Assembly: GCA_016192455.1 (NCBI GenBank)
Contig: JACPUC010000019.1
Coordinates: 248,001 to 312,000 of the forward strand
Length of the DNA: 64,000 nt
From: Candidatus Tectimicrobiota bacterium
Lineage (GTDB): Bacteria > JACPUC01
Direction of reading: 5' to 3'
In this document: one piece after another, positions 28,681 to 38,231 of the stretch
Layout: every line of letters begins with the position of its first letter
Numbering within the stretch: the first letter of the stretch is position 1
Translations under genes and position numbers: made by a program
Notes under the pieces: model-generated
The model's database searches: none
The model's input: only the letters and a program-made list of their open reading frames with translations
Told to the model about the DNA's origin: nothing

Positions 28681-29643
28681 TTACCAGTTTCCCGACCACC
28701 GCGCGAGGAGGAGGCGCAAGAGCACGCCGGCGGCACTGCCGCACGCGGTCATGATGAGGACGAGCCGGTTGGCGGCTCGGATGTCGCTCCGTGCCAACGG
28801 ACGCTCCTGGTCGCCGAGGCTGGGCTTGCAGGAAGGAACTCCCTGATAGGCGCTTGGCCCGCCGAGCCGCACGCCGAGGGCGCCGGCCACGGCGGCCTCG
28901 GGCACGCCGGCGTTGGGGCTCGGGTGGCGGGCATGATCGCGTCGGACGATGCGCCAGGCCGCGGCGCCGCGCCGCAACGAGAACGAGGCGGCAAGGACGA
29001 GGAGCCCGGCGGCGAGCCGCGCCGGCAGGTAGTTTAGCACATCATCGAGGCGCGCCGCAGCCCAACCGAAACGCTCGTACCGCGGGGTGCGGTACCCCAC
29101 CATGGAATCGAGGGTGTTCACCGCTTTGTAGGCGAGCGCCCACGGAGCACCGCCGACCAGGGCATAGCAGATCGGCGCGAGAACCCCGTCCACGCCGTTC
29201 TCCGCAACCGACTCCACCGCCGCCCGTATCACTTCCTGCTCGGAGAGCTGCGCGGCATCCCGTCCGACGATCATCCCCACGGCGGCGCGGGCCGCCTCGA
29301 GGTCGCCGCGCGCCAGGGCCGCTTCGACGCGCAGGCTCTCCTGCCACAGGCTGCGCGCCGCGAAGGTGGTAAAGAGGAGCCAGACCTCGAGCGCCCACGC
29401 GACGGAGGCCCCGAACGCCGCCGCCAGGCGCTGCAGAGCCACCGTCGCCGCAACGGTTCCCCCCACCGTGAGGAGCACGAGAAGGATGCCGGCGGCGCGC
29501 TGCGTGCCGCGGCGGCCGTAGAGGCGCCGCTCCAGGAGCCGGATGAGCCGGCCGAGGCCGCGAACCGGGTGCGGCATCGCCCGGGGATCGCCGAGCAGCG
29601 CATCGAGGAGCAGCGCCGCGAGGAACGCCGAGATGAGCCACAT
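28681..29643 (-). CDS. cbiB: Adenosylcobinamide-phosphate synthase CbiB
   Basis: LGDP...HPV, IVGRD, ESVAEN..DG, YKAVNTLDSMVGY and HPSPNAGVPEAA motifs. Confidence 0.95.
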   Translation of the reverse strand: MWLISAFLAALLLDALLGDPRAMPHPVRGLGRLIRLLERRLYGRRGTQRAAGILLVLLTVGGTVAATVALQRLAAAFGASVAWALEVWLLFTTFAARSLWQESLRVEAALARGDLEAARAAVGMIVGRDAAQLSEQEVIRAAVESVAENGVDGVLAPICYALVGGAPWALAYKAVNTLDSMVGYRTPRYERFGWAAARLDDVLNYLPARLAAGLLVLAASFSLRRGAAAWRIVRRDHARHPSPNAGVPEAAVAGALGVRLGGPSAYQGVPSCKPSLGDQERPLARSDIRAANRLVLIMTACGSAAGVLLRLLLARWSGNW

Positions 29644-29772
29644 GGCACAGGGCAGAGCCGGGAAGGGGGAGTCGGCGGCACATGGGGCGGCCGGTGAGCC
29701 GCCATCCTTCGGCCGACAGCGAGATGGGTCGGCCGAACCAGAGCGCCGCAGGGGCGCGCCTGCAGTATCAGC

Positions 29773-30891
29773 TCAGGGGGGTGCGGCGCAGCCGTCCTCG
29801 TCGAGGAGGTGCCGCAAGGCCGCCAGCAGCCGCTGGTTGTCGCCCGGCTGGCGCACGGCGATGCGGACGTACCGCTCGCCCAGCCCGCGCACCGTCGTGC
29901 AATCCCGCACCAGCAGCCCCCGGGCCGCCAGGCGGGCGCAAAGCTGGCCGGCGCTGAGGTGGGTCCCCTCGAGTTTCACCAGGAGGAAGTTTGCCTGGCT
30001 CGGCAAGGGGCGCAGGGCGGCGAACGAGCTGAGCTGGGCGAACAGGTTCCGCCGCTCCTCGGCAACGAAGAGCCGCGTCTGCTGCGCAAATCCGTCGGCG
30101 CCGAGCATCGCCAGCCCGGCCACCTGGGCCAGGGTATTGACGGACCAGGGCGGCTGGGCCTCCTGCAAGCGCGCCACCGTGGCCGGCTGCCCGACCAGGT
30201 AGCCGAGCCGCAGCCCGGGGATGGCGTAGAGCTTCGTGAACGAGCGCACCAGGAGGAGCTGGGGGTGCGCCGCCGCCTGCCGGACCAACCGGCTCACCTC
30301 CACGCCGGCGGCAAAATCGGCGAAGACCGCGTCGAGCGCCAGGATGGTGCGCGAGTCCTCGCACGCTTCGAGCACCTCCTGGAGAGCGGCCGGGGAGAGC
30401 ATCGACCCCGTGGGGCTGTGTGGATGACCGAGGAAGAGGAGATCGACCTTGGGGACCTGCCTGACAAGCTCCTGGTGATCGAGGGTAAAGTCCTCCTCGC
30501 GGGCGATGAGGAAGGTGACGGTGGCGCCGACTCGACAGGCGACCGCCTCATACTCACTGAAGGCGGGTACGGGAATGAGGACGCGGCGCGGGCGCAGGGC
30601 CGTGCCGAGCAGATGCAAAAGTTCGCACGAGCCGTTGCCGACGAGAATGGCCTCGGAGCCGACGCCGTACTCTGCCGCGAGACGCTCCCGCAGGCTCTCC
30701 GCCCGCGGTTCGGGGTAGTGCCGCACCAGGCCCGGCGCCTGGGCGAGCACCGTTTCGAGCTGCGCGGGTGGGCCGAGGGGATTGAGGCTGGCACTGAAAT
30801 CGAGGATGGCATCGGGATCGAGAGCCTGCTCCCGCGCGGCACGCCAGATATTGCCGCCATGAACATCCCGCATAGGATCTCGGCGAGGCAT
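29773..30891 (-). CDS. cobD: L-threonine-O-3-phosphate decarboxylase
   Basis: HGGN, LDFSASLNPLG and PLP-lysine motif RSFTKLYAIPGLRLGY; cob context. Some typical residues are altered (HSPTG, DAVF). Confidence 0.88.
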   Translation of the reverse strand: MPRRDPMRDVHGGNIWRAAREQALDPDAILDFSASLNPLGPPAQLETVLAQAPGLVRHYPEPRAESLRERLAAEYGVGSEAILVGNGSCELLHLLGTALRPRRVLIPVPAFSEYEAVACRVGATVTFLIAREEDFTLDHQELVRQVPKVDLLFLGHPHSPTGSMLSPAALQEVLEACEDSRTILALDAVFADFAAGVEVSRLVRQAAAHPQLLLVRSFTKLYAIPGLRLGYLVGQPATVARLQEAQPPWSVNTLAQVAGLAMLGADGFAQQTRLFVAEERRNLFAQLSSFAALRPLPSQANFLLVKLEGTHLSAGQLCARLAARGLLVRDCTTVRGLGERYVRIAVRQPGDNQRLLAALRHLLDEDGCAAPP

Positions 30892-30894
30892 CTC

Positions 30895-31320
30895 TCAGCG
30901 CCCGCGCGCCTCACCGCGAAAGCGCTGCTCGACGTTGGCGAGGAAGCGGTCGCTCCGCACCCAGACGCGCTCGTGCGTTCCTTCACCGATGAGGCCAGCC
31001 TCGTCATGCGCCTCGACCGTGAAGACGATGCGCCGCCCATCGAAAAAGCGCGTCGTCGCCCGCACCACGACGTCGCGCCCGGGGGGAGTGGCGGCGAGGT
31101 GCTTGACGTGGACCGCCACGCCGACCGTCATCGAACCGTCCGGCAGCGTAGGCGCCAAGGCCCGCAGCGAGGCCTGCTCCATCAGGCCGATCATCACCGG
31201 CGTGGCCAGGACGCTGGCGCCGTTGTTCCCCATATCGTCGGCGGTATGTTTCGATTCCACACGCAGCCGCACCTCTCCCGCCATGCCGAGCGCGAATGGC
31301 GTCTGATTGCCGTTTACCAC
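30895..31320 (-). CDS. Fluoroacetyl-CoA thioesterase (FlK)-like hotdog-fold protein
   Basis: VLATPVMIGLMEQAS, TVG..V.VKHLAATP and IGEGTHER motifs. Confidence 0.88.
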   Translation of the reverse strand: MVNGNQTPFALGMAGEVRLRVESKHTADDMGNNGASVLATPVMIGLMEQASLRALAPTLPDGSMTVGVAVHVKHLAATPPGRDVVVRATTRFFDGRRIVFTVEAHDEAGLIGEGTHERVWVRSDRFLANVEQRFRGEARGR

Positions 31321-31426
31321 CCCGTCCTCTGAAGCTGTGCGAGAAACCCGGCGGCGGCGCGCTCCCGGCAGCCAGCCTTCCCCCCGGCACCACCCCGGCG
31401 CTGCTGCTGACGCGGCGCCTCGAGTC

Positions 31427-31726
31427 TCAGCTCTTGAACGCTTTCGTGGCGGCAACGAGCCCCGGCTGCCCGCCCATCAGGTAGGCGACCTGCACGGTCT
31501 CCCGCACCTCCGCCTCCGAGGCGCCCGCTTCACGAGCCTGGTCCGCCAGCACCGCAACGCCGGTCTCATGGTTCAGGATCGCATCGACGAGCATCATCAT
31601 GAGAATCTTCACCCGCTTCGGCAGGGCGGCATCCCGTAGGACGAGTCCATGAAGGTCCTGCAGCTTTCCGAGCAGCTCCGTGTCGTTGTTCTCCAGCGCA
31701 ATAATAAATGGTGACTTCCTGACCAT
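31427..31726 (-). CDS. Carboxymuconolactone decarboxylase (CMD/AhpD-like) family protein
   Basis: ALPKRVKILM..DA...AREAGASEAEVRETVQVA...GG.PGL. Confidence 0.8.
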   Translation of the reverse strand: MVRKSPFIIALENNDTELLGKLQDLHGLVLRDAALPKRVKILMMMLVDAILNHETGVAVLADQAREAGASEAEVRETVQVAYLMGGQPGLVAATKAFKS

Positions 31727-32020
31727 TGCAGACCCTCTTAGGCGGCGCCTGAGCCTCTTCGCTCCCTCAGCCGAGAAGGAAGCCGTGGAAGAACGACCGC
31801 GGCAGGCAGGCTACCAGGTCTCCCCAGCGCCGTCAACGGCGCGCCCGGTTGCTCAGCGGTTCGCAGCGGCTCGCGCACGCCTCTGGGCGCGGGCCGTGAC
31901 GCCGACGCCGGTGCCAGTCGCCGCCAGCTTGGGGAAACGAGCCGGTCTCAGCGCCTGCCCAGTCTCACGAGCTGGCGGCGGGCCGAGGGGAGAGGCCTGG
32001 CGCCTGTCTCAGCCCTCCCC

Positions 32021-32048
32021 TTGTCACCAGGCTCGAATCAACTATACT
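32021..32048 (+). promoter_or_regulatory. sigma70-type promoter upstream of ispH
   Basis: TTGTCA-N16-TATACT. Confidence 0.5.
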
Positions 32049-32268
32049 TTCAGTCGAAAGCGTGCGGCTTCAGGCAGCAAATCAGTGAGGGTCAGCAGGC
32101 CACGGCCCCAGGAGCTCGCGGGCGTGTTGCCGGCATTTCCTGGGGCGAGACGGAAGAAGGAGCTGCTTCCATGCCCTGCATCCTCCCCTGCCGAGCCTGA
32201 GCACGGCGCGCGGCAGGTATCAGGAGTGAGCGGAAAGCAGAGAAGCGTAGGCGAGAAGAGGCAGGAAG

Positions 32269-34047
32269 ATGCCCGTTAAGGTTGGCAAGACGGCCGGGTT
32301 CTGCTGGGGCGTGCGGCGCGCCATGGACATCGTGCTGGACGTGGCAAACCTCCAGGAGGACGAGCTCTACACGGTGGGGCCGATCATCCACAACCACCAG
32401 GTCACCGAGATGCTCGCCAGCAAGCGGGTGAGCATCAGGGAGGAGTTCGATGCTTCGTCCCCGGCGACGGCGGTGGTGCGCACGCACGGCATCACCCCCC
32501 AGAAGCGCCGGCTTCTGCAAGAGGAGAGCGTCACCCTCCACGACGCCACCTGCCCGTACGTGCTGCGCATTCATGGGATCATCCGCAAGTACCAGAGCAG
32601 GGGCTGGGATATCGTCATCGTGGGTGATCGCGGCCATGCCGAGGTGAACGGACTCTACGGCACTTCGAATGAGCGGGCCTACATCGTGGAGAGCGAAGCC
32701 GAGGCCGACCGCCTGCCGCCTCTCACACAGGTGTGCATCGTGGCCCAAACGACGCACAACCAGCAGCGCTTCGCGCGCATCGTCGAGCGGGTGCAGAAGA
32801 AGGCGCCAACCTCCGAGGTCTTCAACACCATTTGCGACGACACCGAGGAGCGTCAGAGCGAGCTGGCGGCCCTGTGCGAGGAGGTGGACGCCATGGTCAT
32901 CATCGGCGGCTCGCACAGCGCCAACACGGCCCGCCTGGCGTCCATCGCGCAGGACAGCGGGCGGCCGACGGTGAAGATCGAGACAGAGGCGGATCTCGAT
33001 GCGAGTTGGGTGCGGCGGTATGGGACCATCGGGGTGATGGCCGGCGCCTCGACCCCCACTTGGGTGATCCGCAACATCGTGGATGCCCTCGAAAGCCTCC
33101 AGCAGGCGTCACGGTCCTGGACTTTCCGCGCCCTCCACCGCCTGGCGCGCCTCGCCACCGCCAGTTACGGCGCCAACGCCGTGGGGGCCCTCTGCCTCGC
33201 CGCCGCCATCTCAATCTGGTTGGGAGCGCCGATCAGCGGCCCCAGTCTGGCGCTCGCTTTTTGCCTCATCTTCAGCTTGCTCGTCCTCTCCCACCTCGCG
33301 GAAGGCTACGATCCCGAGTTCGACGATCCGGTGCGGCGCAGCCTCTTCCGGCATCGGCTCGGCCTGCAGGGCGTGGCCGGCGCGGCGGCTGTGGCGGCGC
33401 TCCTCCTCGCCAGCCCGCTCGGCTGGCAGGGCGGCGCCTGGGGGAGCGTGGGCGTCGTCCTCATCCTCTTCGCCCTGGGGCACGTCGGCCATCCCCAGCG
33501 GCGCGGCTTGCGTTCGCTCAGCCGGGGGCGGGCCAAGCGCGCCTGGGGTCTGGTCTACCGTTCCCTCATCCTCGGCAGCGCCTGGTGGTGCGCCGGCAGC
33601 CTCCTTCCCTGGCTGGCCCAGCGGGCGTTGGCGGCCCGGGCAGGGGTGAGCCTTAGCATAGTTCCGGCCACGTCGACAACGTTCGGGCTGGCGTCGCTGG
33701 CGGCCTTCGGCCTGCCGTTCCTCACGGCGCTGCTCCTCGACCTCGGCGATCGGGAGGCGGACCGCATCGGTGGACGTCCCTCCCTGCCGATCCTCCTGGG
33801 TGAGGTGGCGGGTGAACGGCTCCTGCACCTCGGCAATGCGGTGATCCTCGCGGCCACCGCCGCTGGTGTGGCCGCCGGCTCGCTGCCGGCCGCGGCCCTG
33901 GCGGTCATCGCCCCCCTGGCGGCGCTGTCGGCCCTGCGACTGGCGCAGCGGCGCCGTCTCTACTTCTCCCGCAGCACCGAGGAGATGCTGGCTGCCGGAG
34001 TTCTGCCGCTCTTTGCCGCCGCAACCCTCCTGGCCGCCGTTCTATAG
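32269..34047 (+). CDS. ispH: IspH (HMBPP reductase) fused to a C-terminal UbiA-like membrane domain
   Basis: GFCWGV, IIHN, RTHG, DATCPYV, HAEV, NTICDDT, SANT and AGASTP motifs; multi-TM C-terminus with DLGDREADRIGGRPSLP. Confidence 0.9.
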   Translation: MPVKVGKTAGFCWGVRRAMDIVLDVANLQEDELYTVGPIIHNHQVTEMLASKRVSIREEFDASSPATAVVRTHGITPQKRRLLQEESVTLHDATCPYVLRIHGIIRKYQSRGWDIVIVGDRGHAEVNGLYGTSNERAYIVESEAEADRLPPLTQVCIVAQTTHNQQRFARIVERVQKKAPTSEVFNTICDDTEERQSELAALCEEVDAMVIIGGSHSANTARLASIAQDSGRPTVKIETEADLDASWVRRYGTIGVMAGASTPTWVIRNIVDALESLQQASRSWTFRALHRLARLATASYGANAVGALCLAAAISIWLGAPISGPSLALAFCLIFSLLVLSHLAEGYDPEFDDPVRRSLFRHRLGLQGVAGAAAVAALLLASPLGWQGGAWGSVGVVLILFALGHVGHPQRRGLRSLSRGRAKRAWGLVYRSLILGSAWWCAGSLLPWLAQRALAARAGVSLSIVPATSTTFGLASLAAFGLPFLTALLLDLGDREADRIGGRPSLPILLGEVAGERLLHLGNAVILAATAAGVAAGSLPAAALAVIAPLAALSALRLAQRRRLYFSRSTEEMLAAGVLPLFAAATLLAAVL

Positions 34048-34340
34048 ACGTCCGGTCCGCCCACGCTTCGGCCACGCCCGGCCTGGAGGAGAGCGCCGCT
34101 TCCACCGCAGACGCGGCGGGCGTCGACGGTTTCCATATCGCCTTTTCACTTGATCCAATAGCCCTGGATGTACGACAATTCGTGGCAGACGATGCTTGAC
34201 CGTGGTACCCGGTGAGCCCGGCGTCGCCGGATGAACCGCGCAGTCGGCAAGGATGCCGAAGATACTTGTGCGCGCCACGTTCTGGTCCCCTGACGAGCTG
34301 TGCCTGGCTCCGCCATCCCCTCCCCTGAGGAGTGCGCCGA

Positions 34341-36485
34341 ATGGCCCGGCTGCGAGCCACTGAAATCCTCCGCGGCTCGATTCTCGTCGAGGGGACGCAG
34401 GCCGGGAACATCCTCTTCGGCGTCCCCCTCGAGGTCGTTAAGCGCTTCCTCCAGCTCGGCTTGTCGGTGCCGCGCATCCTGGTCAAACCCGAACGGGCGC
34501 TGGTTCGCGGCATTCCCCAGTTTGCGGTGGAGTACCCGCTCTACTATAACCTCTTCGTCTTGGGGAACACCGGCAGAGAGAAGCGCCTGCAACTCGTCTG
34601 CGATGCCGCCGACCAGCAGCCGATCTCCGAGGCGCTGCGTCACACCCTGCTGGGGCCGAACGCAGAGGACTATCGGCGGTACGCCCTCGAGCCGCGCATC
34701 GCCCAACAACTCCTGCGTGAAAGCCACTACTTTGCGCTGAAGTCAGCCGCCGGGGTGCCCCTGGGGACCCCCGACCTGGTGCGCTTCCACTGTTACAACG
34801 AGCAGCGCCAAGTGGAGCTGGATGAGGGGGTCATCATCCAGCGCTTGGAGGATCAGGCCTTCCTGATCATCGATCCCCAGGCCGGCGAGCTGACGGTGCA
34901 CCTGGGCTTCGGAACCCAGACCCCTCCCCTGCCGCTCTATGATCCGCAACGCGTCGACGAAGCTCCCACCTTTGGGTACCGGGTGCTGGGGTCCCTGTCG
35001 GGCTTCGATCCGAAGGGCTACACCACCGGGTACCTCCTCTACATCAACGGTGTGCCGGTGCTCGTCGACGGCCCCGCCTGGCTTGACGAGCACCTGCTGC
35101 GCTGGGGCGTGGAGCACAACGAGATCTACGCCCACATCGTCACCCACTGCCACGATGACCATGCCGGCTGCTTCGCCTCGACCGTCATGCGCCAGCGGAA
35201 GATCACCCTCCTGACGACGCGGGAGATCGCCGAATCGCTCGTCGTGAAGCTCCTTGGAAGCGGCGATGGCTTGAGCGCCGAGGATATCCGCACGTTCATC
35301 TCCTTCCAGTACGTTGACGCGGCGCTCGATGCTCGCGCGGCGCCATTCCGCTTCCTGGGCGCCGACTGGCGCTTCCACTACAGCGTCCACTCCATTCCCT
35401 GCATCGGCTTCGAGGTCTCGATCGGCGACGCCAGCCTCTTCATCTCGGGCGACTCCGCCAGCCTCTCACGGCTGCGCGTCATGCGCGACGAGGCCATCCT
35501 CGACGAGCGGCGCTACCGCTACGTCGTTCAGGAGCTCTCCACGCCGCGCACCGTCCGCCTCATCGACGGCGGCGGCGGCGAAATCCACTTCGACCCGCGC
35601 GAGTTCTCTCCCAGCCGTGACCTCTACTTCGGACACGTGAGCTCGGAGTTGCTCGTCACCAGCGGCTACCAGCTTCTGCGCACGGGAGACACCCAGGACC
35701 TCATCGTCGCCGAACGCCACACGGTGGAGACCATCCAGGCGGTGGCTGACGCGCTGGAGCAGTTCAAGGTGCCGCTCGGCGACCCCTGGAAACGCATCCT
35801 CTTCGCGCAGGGGCGGGCGCTGGCCCTGAAGGAGAGCCACCCCGTCGTGGTGCAGGGGGAGGAGGCTGACGACGTCTACTTCGTTCTCAAGGGGCGGGTG
35901 CGCGTCTTCGTCGATGGCGAGCTGCGCGCCGAGATGGGCGCCGGCTGGTTCTTCGGCGAGCAAGGGGTGCTTGGCAACACGGCGCGCAATGCCACCATCA
36001 TCACCGCCTCGAACACCCTCCTCTTCGCCATTCCCGGCCAGATTTTCCGTGAGTTCGTTGACACCCACCAGCTCAGCAGCGCCTTTGAGACCGTCACCGA
36101 CAGGCGGGCCAGCTTCCTCTCGGTGGCGGAACTGCGCGACCTGCCGGCCGAGCGCCAGATTGCGCTGTCGCAGCACGCGACGAAACGTCGCTTTGTGGCC
36201 GGCAGCGTCATCGCCCGAGAAGGCTCTCCCGGCCACGATCTCTTCATCATCACCCACGGCTCGGTGCGCATCGAGCGCAACGGCGAGCTCATCGCCATGG
36301 TGCGCGAGAACCAGCTCGTGGGGGAGCGGGCCGTCTCGAGTTCGACGCGCGTTCGCAATGCGGATATCATTGCCGACGAGGATGTCGAGCTGTTGGCCAT
36401 CAATGGCCAGCAATTCCTCGAGGTGCTCAAAGACTGTCCGCTGGCCGAGTACAAGCTGGCGCTCCTCTATCGCAGCCGCAGCTAG
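34341..36485 (+). CDS. MBL-fold hydrolase with two C-terminal cyclic-nucleotide-binding domains (putative phosphodiesterase)
   Basis: THCHDDH, HSIP and SGD motifs; CNB motifs FFGEQG...RNATI and VGERA...RNADI. Confidence 0.8.
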   Translation: MARLRATEILRGSILVEGTQAGNILFGVPLEVVKRFLQLGLSVPRILVKPERALVRGIPQFAVEYPLYYNLFVLGNTGREKRLQLVCDAADQQPISEALRHTLLGPNAEDYRRYALEPRIAQQLLRESHYFALKSAAGVPLGTPDLVRFHCYNEQRQVELDEGVIIQRLEDQAFLIIDPQAGELTVHLGFGTQTPPLPLYDPQRVDEAPTFGYRVLGSLSGFDPKGYTTGYLLYINGVPVLVDGPAWLDEHLLRWGVEHNEIYAHIVTHCHDDHAGCFASTVMRQRKITLLTTREIAESLVVKLLGSGDGLSAEDIRTFISFQYVDAALDARAAPFRFLGADWRFHYSVHSIPCIGFEVSIGDASLFISGDSASLSRLRVMRDEAILDERRYRYVVQELSTPRTVRLIDGGGGEIHFDPREFSPSRDLYFGHVSSELLVTSGYQLLRTGDTQDLIVAERHTVETIQAVADALEQFKVPLGDPWKRILFAQGRALALKESHPVVVQGEEADDVYFVLKGRVRVFVDGELRAEMGAGWFFGEQGVLGNTARNATIITASNTLLFAIPGQIFREFVDTHQLSSAFETVTDRRASFLSVAELRDLPAERQIALSQHATKRRFVAGSVIAREGSPGHDLFIITHGSVRIERNGELIAMVRENQLVGERAVSSSTRVRNADIIADEDVELLAINGQQFLEVLKDCPLAEYKLALLYRSRS

Positions 36486-36567
36486 GCGTCCGGCCTGCTC
36501 GCCGCGGGCGCTCTCGCGGGTGTCCGCCGGCGCATCCCTGGCCTCAGCTCATGAACGGGGCAGCACC

Positions 36568-38016
36568 ATGGCATTCTACGATCTGCGTGAGTTCATCGAT
36601 GCGGCCCGCAAGCTCGACGACGTCCTCGAGGTGCGCGGGGCGCACTGGGACCTGGAGATCGGCGGCCTCATGGAGGTCTTCGCCGGCCGGGCCAGCTTTC
36701 CGCTTCTCCTCTTCGACGACATTCCCGACTACCCCCGGGGCTGGCGCATCGCGGCGAACTTCGTGAATGATGCGCGGCGCGCGGCGCTCGCCTTGGGGCT
36801 GCCCCCCGATCTGCCGAAGGTGGAGCTGCTGCGGCGCTGGAAGGAGCGCCTGCCGCACGTCCGCCCCATCCCTCCGCGCCAGATCAGCAACGGCCCCCTC
36901 TTCGAGAACGTGCAGACGGGGGAGGATGTCAACGTCCTCGCTTTCCCCGTGCCGCGCTGGCACGAGCTCGACGGCGGGCGCTACATCGGCACGGCCTGCT
37001 GCGTGGTGACGCGCGATCCCGACGAGGGGTGGGTGAACGTCGGCATCTACCGGGTGCAGGTGCACGACGAGCGCACCCTCGGCCTCTACATCTCACCGGG
37101 CCATCACGGGCGCATCATGCGCGAGAAGTACTGGGCCAAGGGGAAGAGCTGCCCGGTGGCCATCAGCTTTGGGCAGGAGCCCGCGATGTGGATGGCCGCG
37201 GGCCACTCCATCGCCTACGGCGCCTCGGAGTACGAGTTCGCCGGCTGGGTGCGCGACGAGCCGGTGGAGATCGTGACCGGCCCGGTCACCGGCCTGCCGC
37301 TGCCGGCCACGGCGGAGATCGCCATCGAAGGCGACGTGCCGCCGCCGAGCGAGGAGGCCCGCGTCGAGGGGCCGTTCGGCGAGTGGCCCGGGTACTACGG
37401 CCACGGTGCCCGGGTTGAGCCGATCGTGCGGCTGCAGGCCTGTTACCACCGCAACGAACCGATCCTCGCCGGGGCGCCGCCGCTGAAGCCGCCGATCTTG
37501 AACTTCGGCATCCCCTTCGGCGCCGCCGCCATCTGGCAGTACCTCGAGAAGGCCGATGTGCCGGATATCCGCGGCGTGTGGTGTTTCGCGGGCGGCAACG
37601 CGCCGGGAGGAGGCGCGCCGTTCCTCGTCGTCTCGCTGACGCAACGTTACAACGGCCACGCCCAGCAGGCGGCGCTGGCCGCCCTCGGCTGCCGGGGCGG
37701 CGCGTACCACGGGCGCTTCGTCGTGGTGGTCGATGACGACATCGACCCGGCGGACCTCAACGAGGTGATCTGGGCCATCTCCACCCGCTGCGACCCGAAG
37801 ACCGCCATGACGATCATCGATGACTGCTGGAGCACGCCCCTCGATCCCGTCATGCATCCCGATAAAAAAGAGGCGGGCGATTTCACCAACTCGCGGGCGA
37901 TCATCAATGCCTGCCGGCCCTATGCCTGGAAGGACCGCTTCCCGCCGGTCAACGTCATCAGCCCCGAGCTGCGCGACAAGCTGACGACGAAGTGGAAGCG
38001 CCTGCTGGAGCGCTAG
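36568..38016 (+). CDS. UbiD-family (prFMN-dependent) decarboxylase
   Basis: DGGRYIGT, NVGIYRVQ, EGPFGEWPGYY and VVVDDDIDP...VIWAISTRCDP motifs. Confidence 0.93.
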   Translation: MAFYDLREFIDAARKLDDVLEVRGAHWDLEIGGLMEVFAGRASFPLLLFDDIPDYPRGWRIAANFVNDARRAALALGLPPDLPKVELLRRWKERLPHVRPIPPRQISNGPLFENVQTGEDVNVLAFPVPRWHELDGGRYIGTACCVVTRDPDEGWVNVGIYRVQVHDERTLGLYISPGHHGRIMREKYWAKGKSCPVAISFGQEPAMWMAAGHSIAYGASEYEFAGWVRDEPVEIVTGPVTGLPLPATAEIAIEGDVPPPSEEARVEGPFGEWPGYYGHGARVEPIVRLQACYHRNEPILAGAPPLKPPILNFGIPFGAAAIWQYLEKADVPDIRGVWCFAGGNAPGGGAPFLVVSLTQRYNGHAQQAALAALGCRGGAYHGRFVVVVDDDIDPADLNEVIWAISTRCDPKTAMTIIDDCWSTPLDPVMHPDKKEAGDFTNSRAIINACRPYAWKDRFPPVNVISPELRDKLTTKWKRLLER

Positions 38017-38231
38017 GCGGGGTGCCGGCGGAAGATTACCTCTGGGACAGCCTTCAGGGGGGACGTGCACAGACCTCATGGGGGGAAACGGTTGCGCCAG
38101 GGGGGGGAGGTCTGCGCCGCCGCGCGGGGCAGACCCCCCGACGGTTCTGAGGAGGGTTACGCCACCTGCGTGGGGAGCGCCGTCCCGCCGCGCTGAGCCG
38201 CGCCGGCACCAGCCCTCCTACCTGCCTTCGC

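Noticed and set aside
31727..32268. Cobalamin riboswitch upstream of the cob genes
   Set aside because: Only a GGAGACCTG-like fragment (minus strand, ~31814-31822) was seen, without the other conserved boxes. An Rfam/Infernal scan would be decisive.
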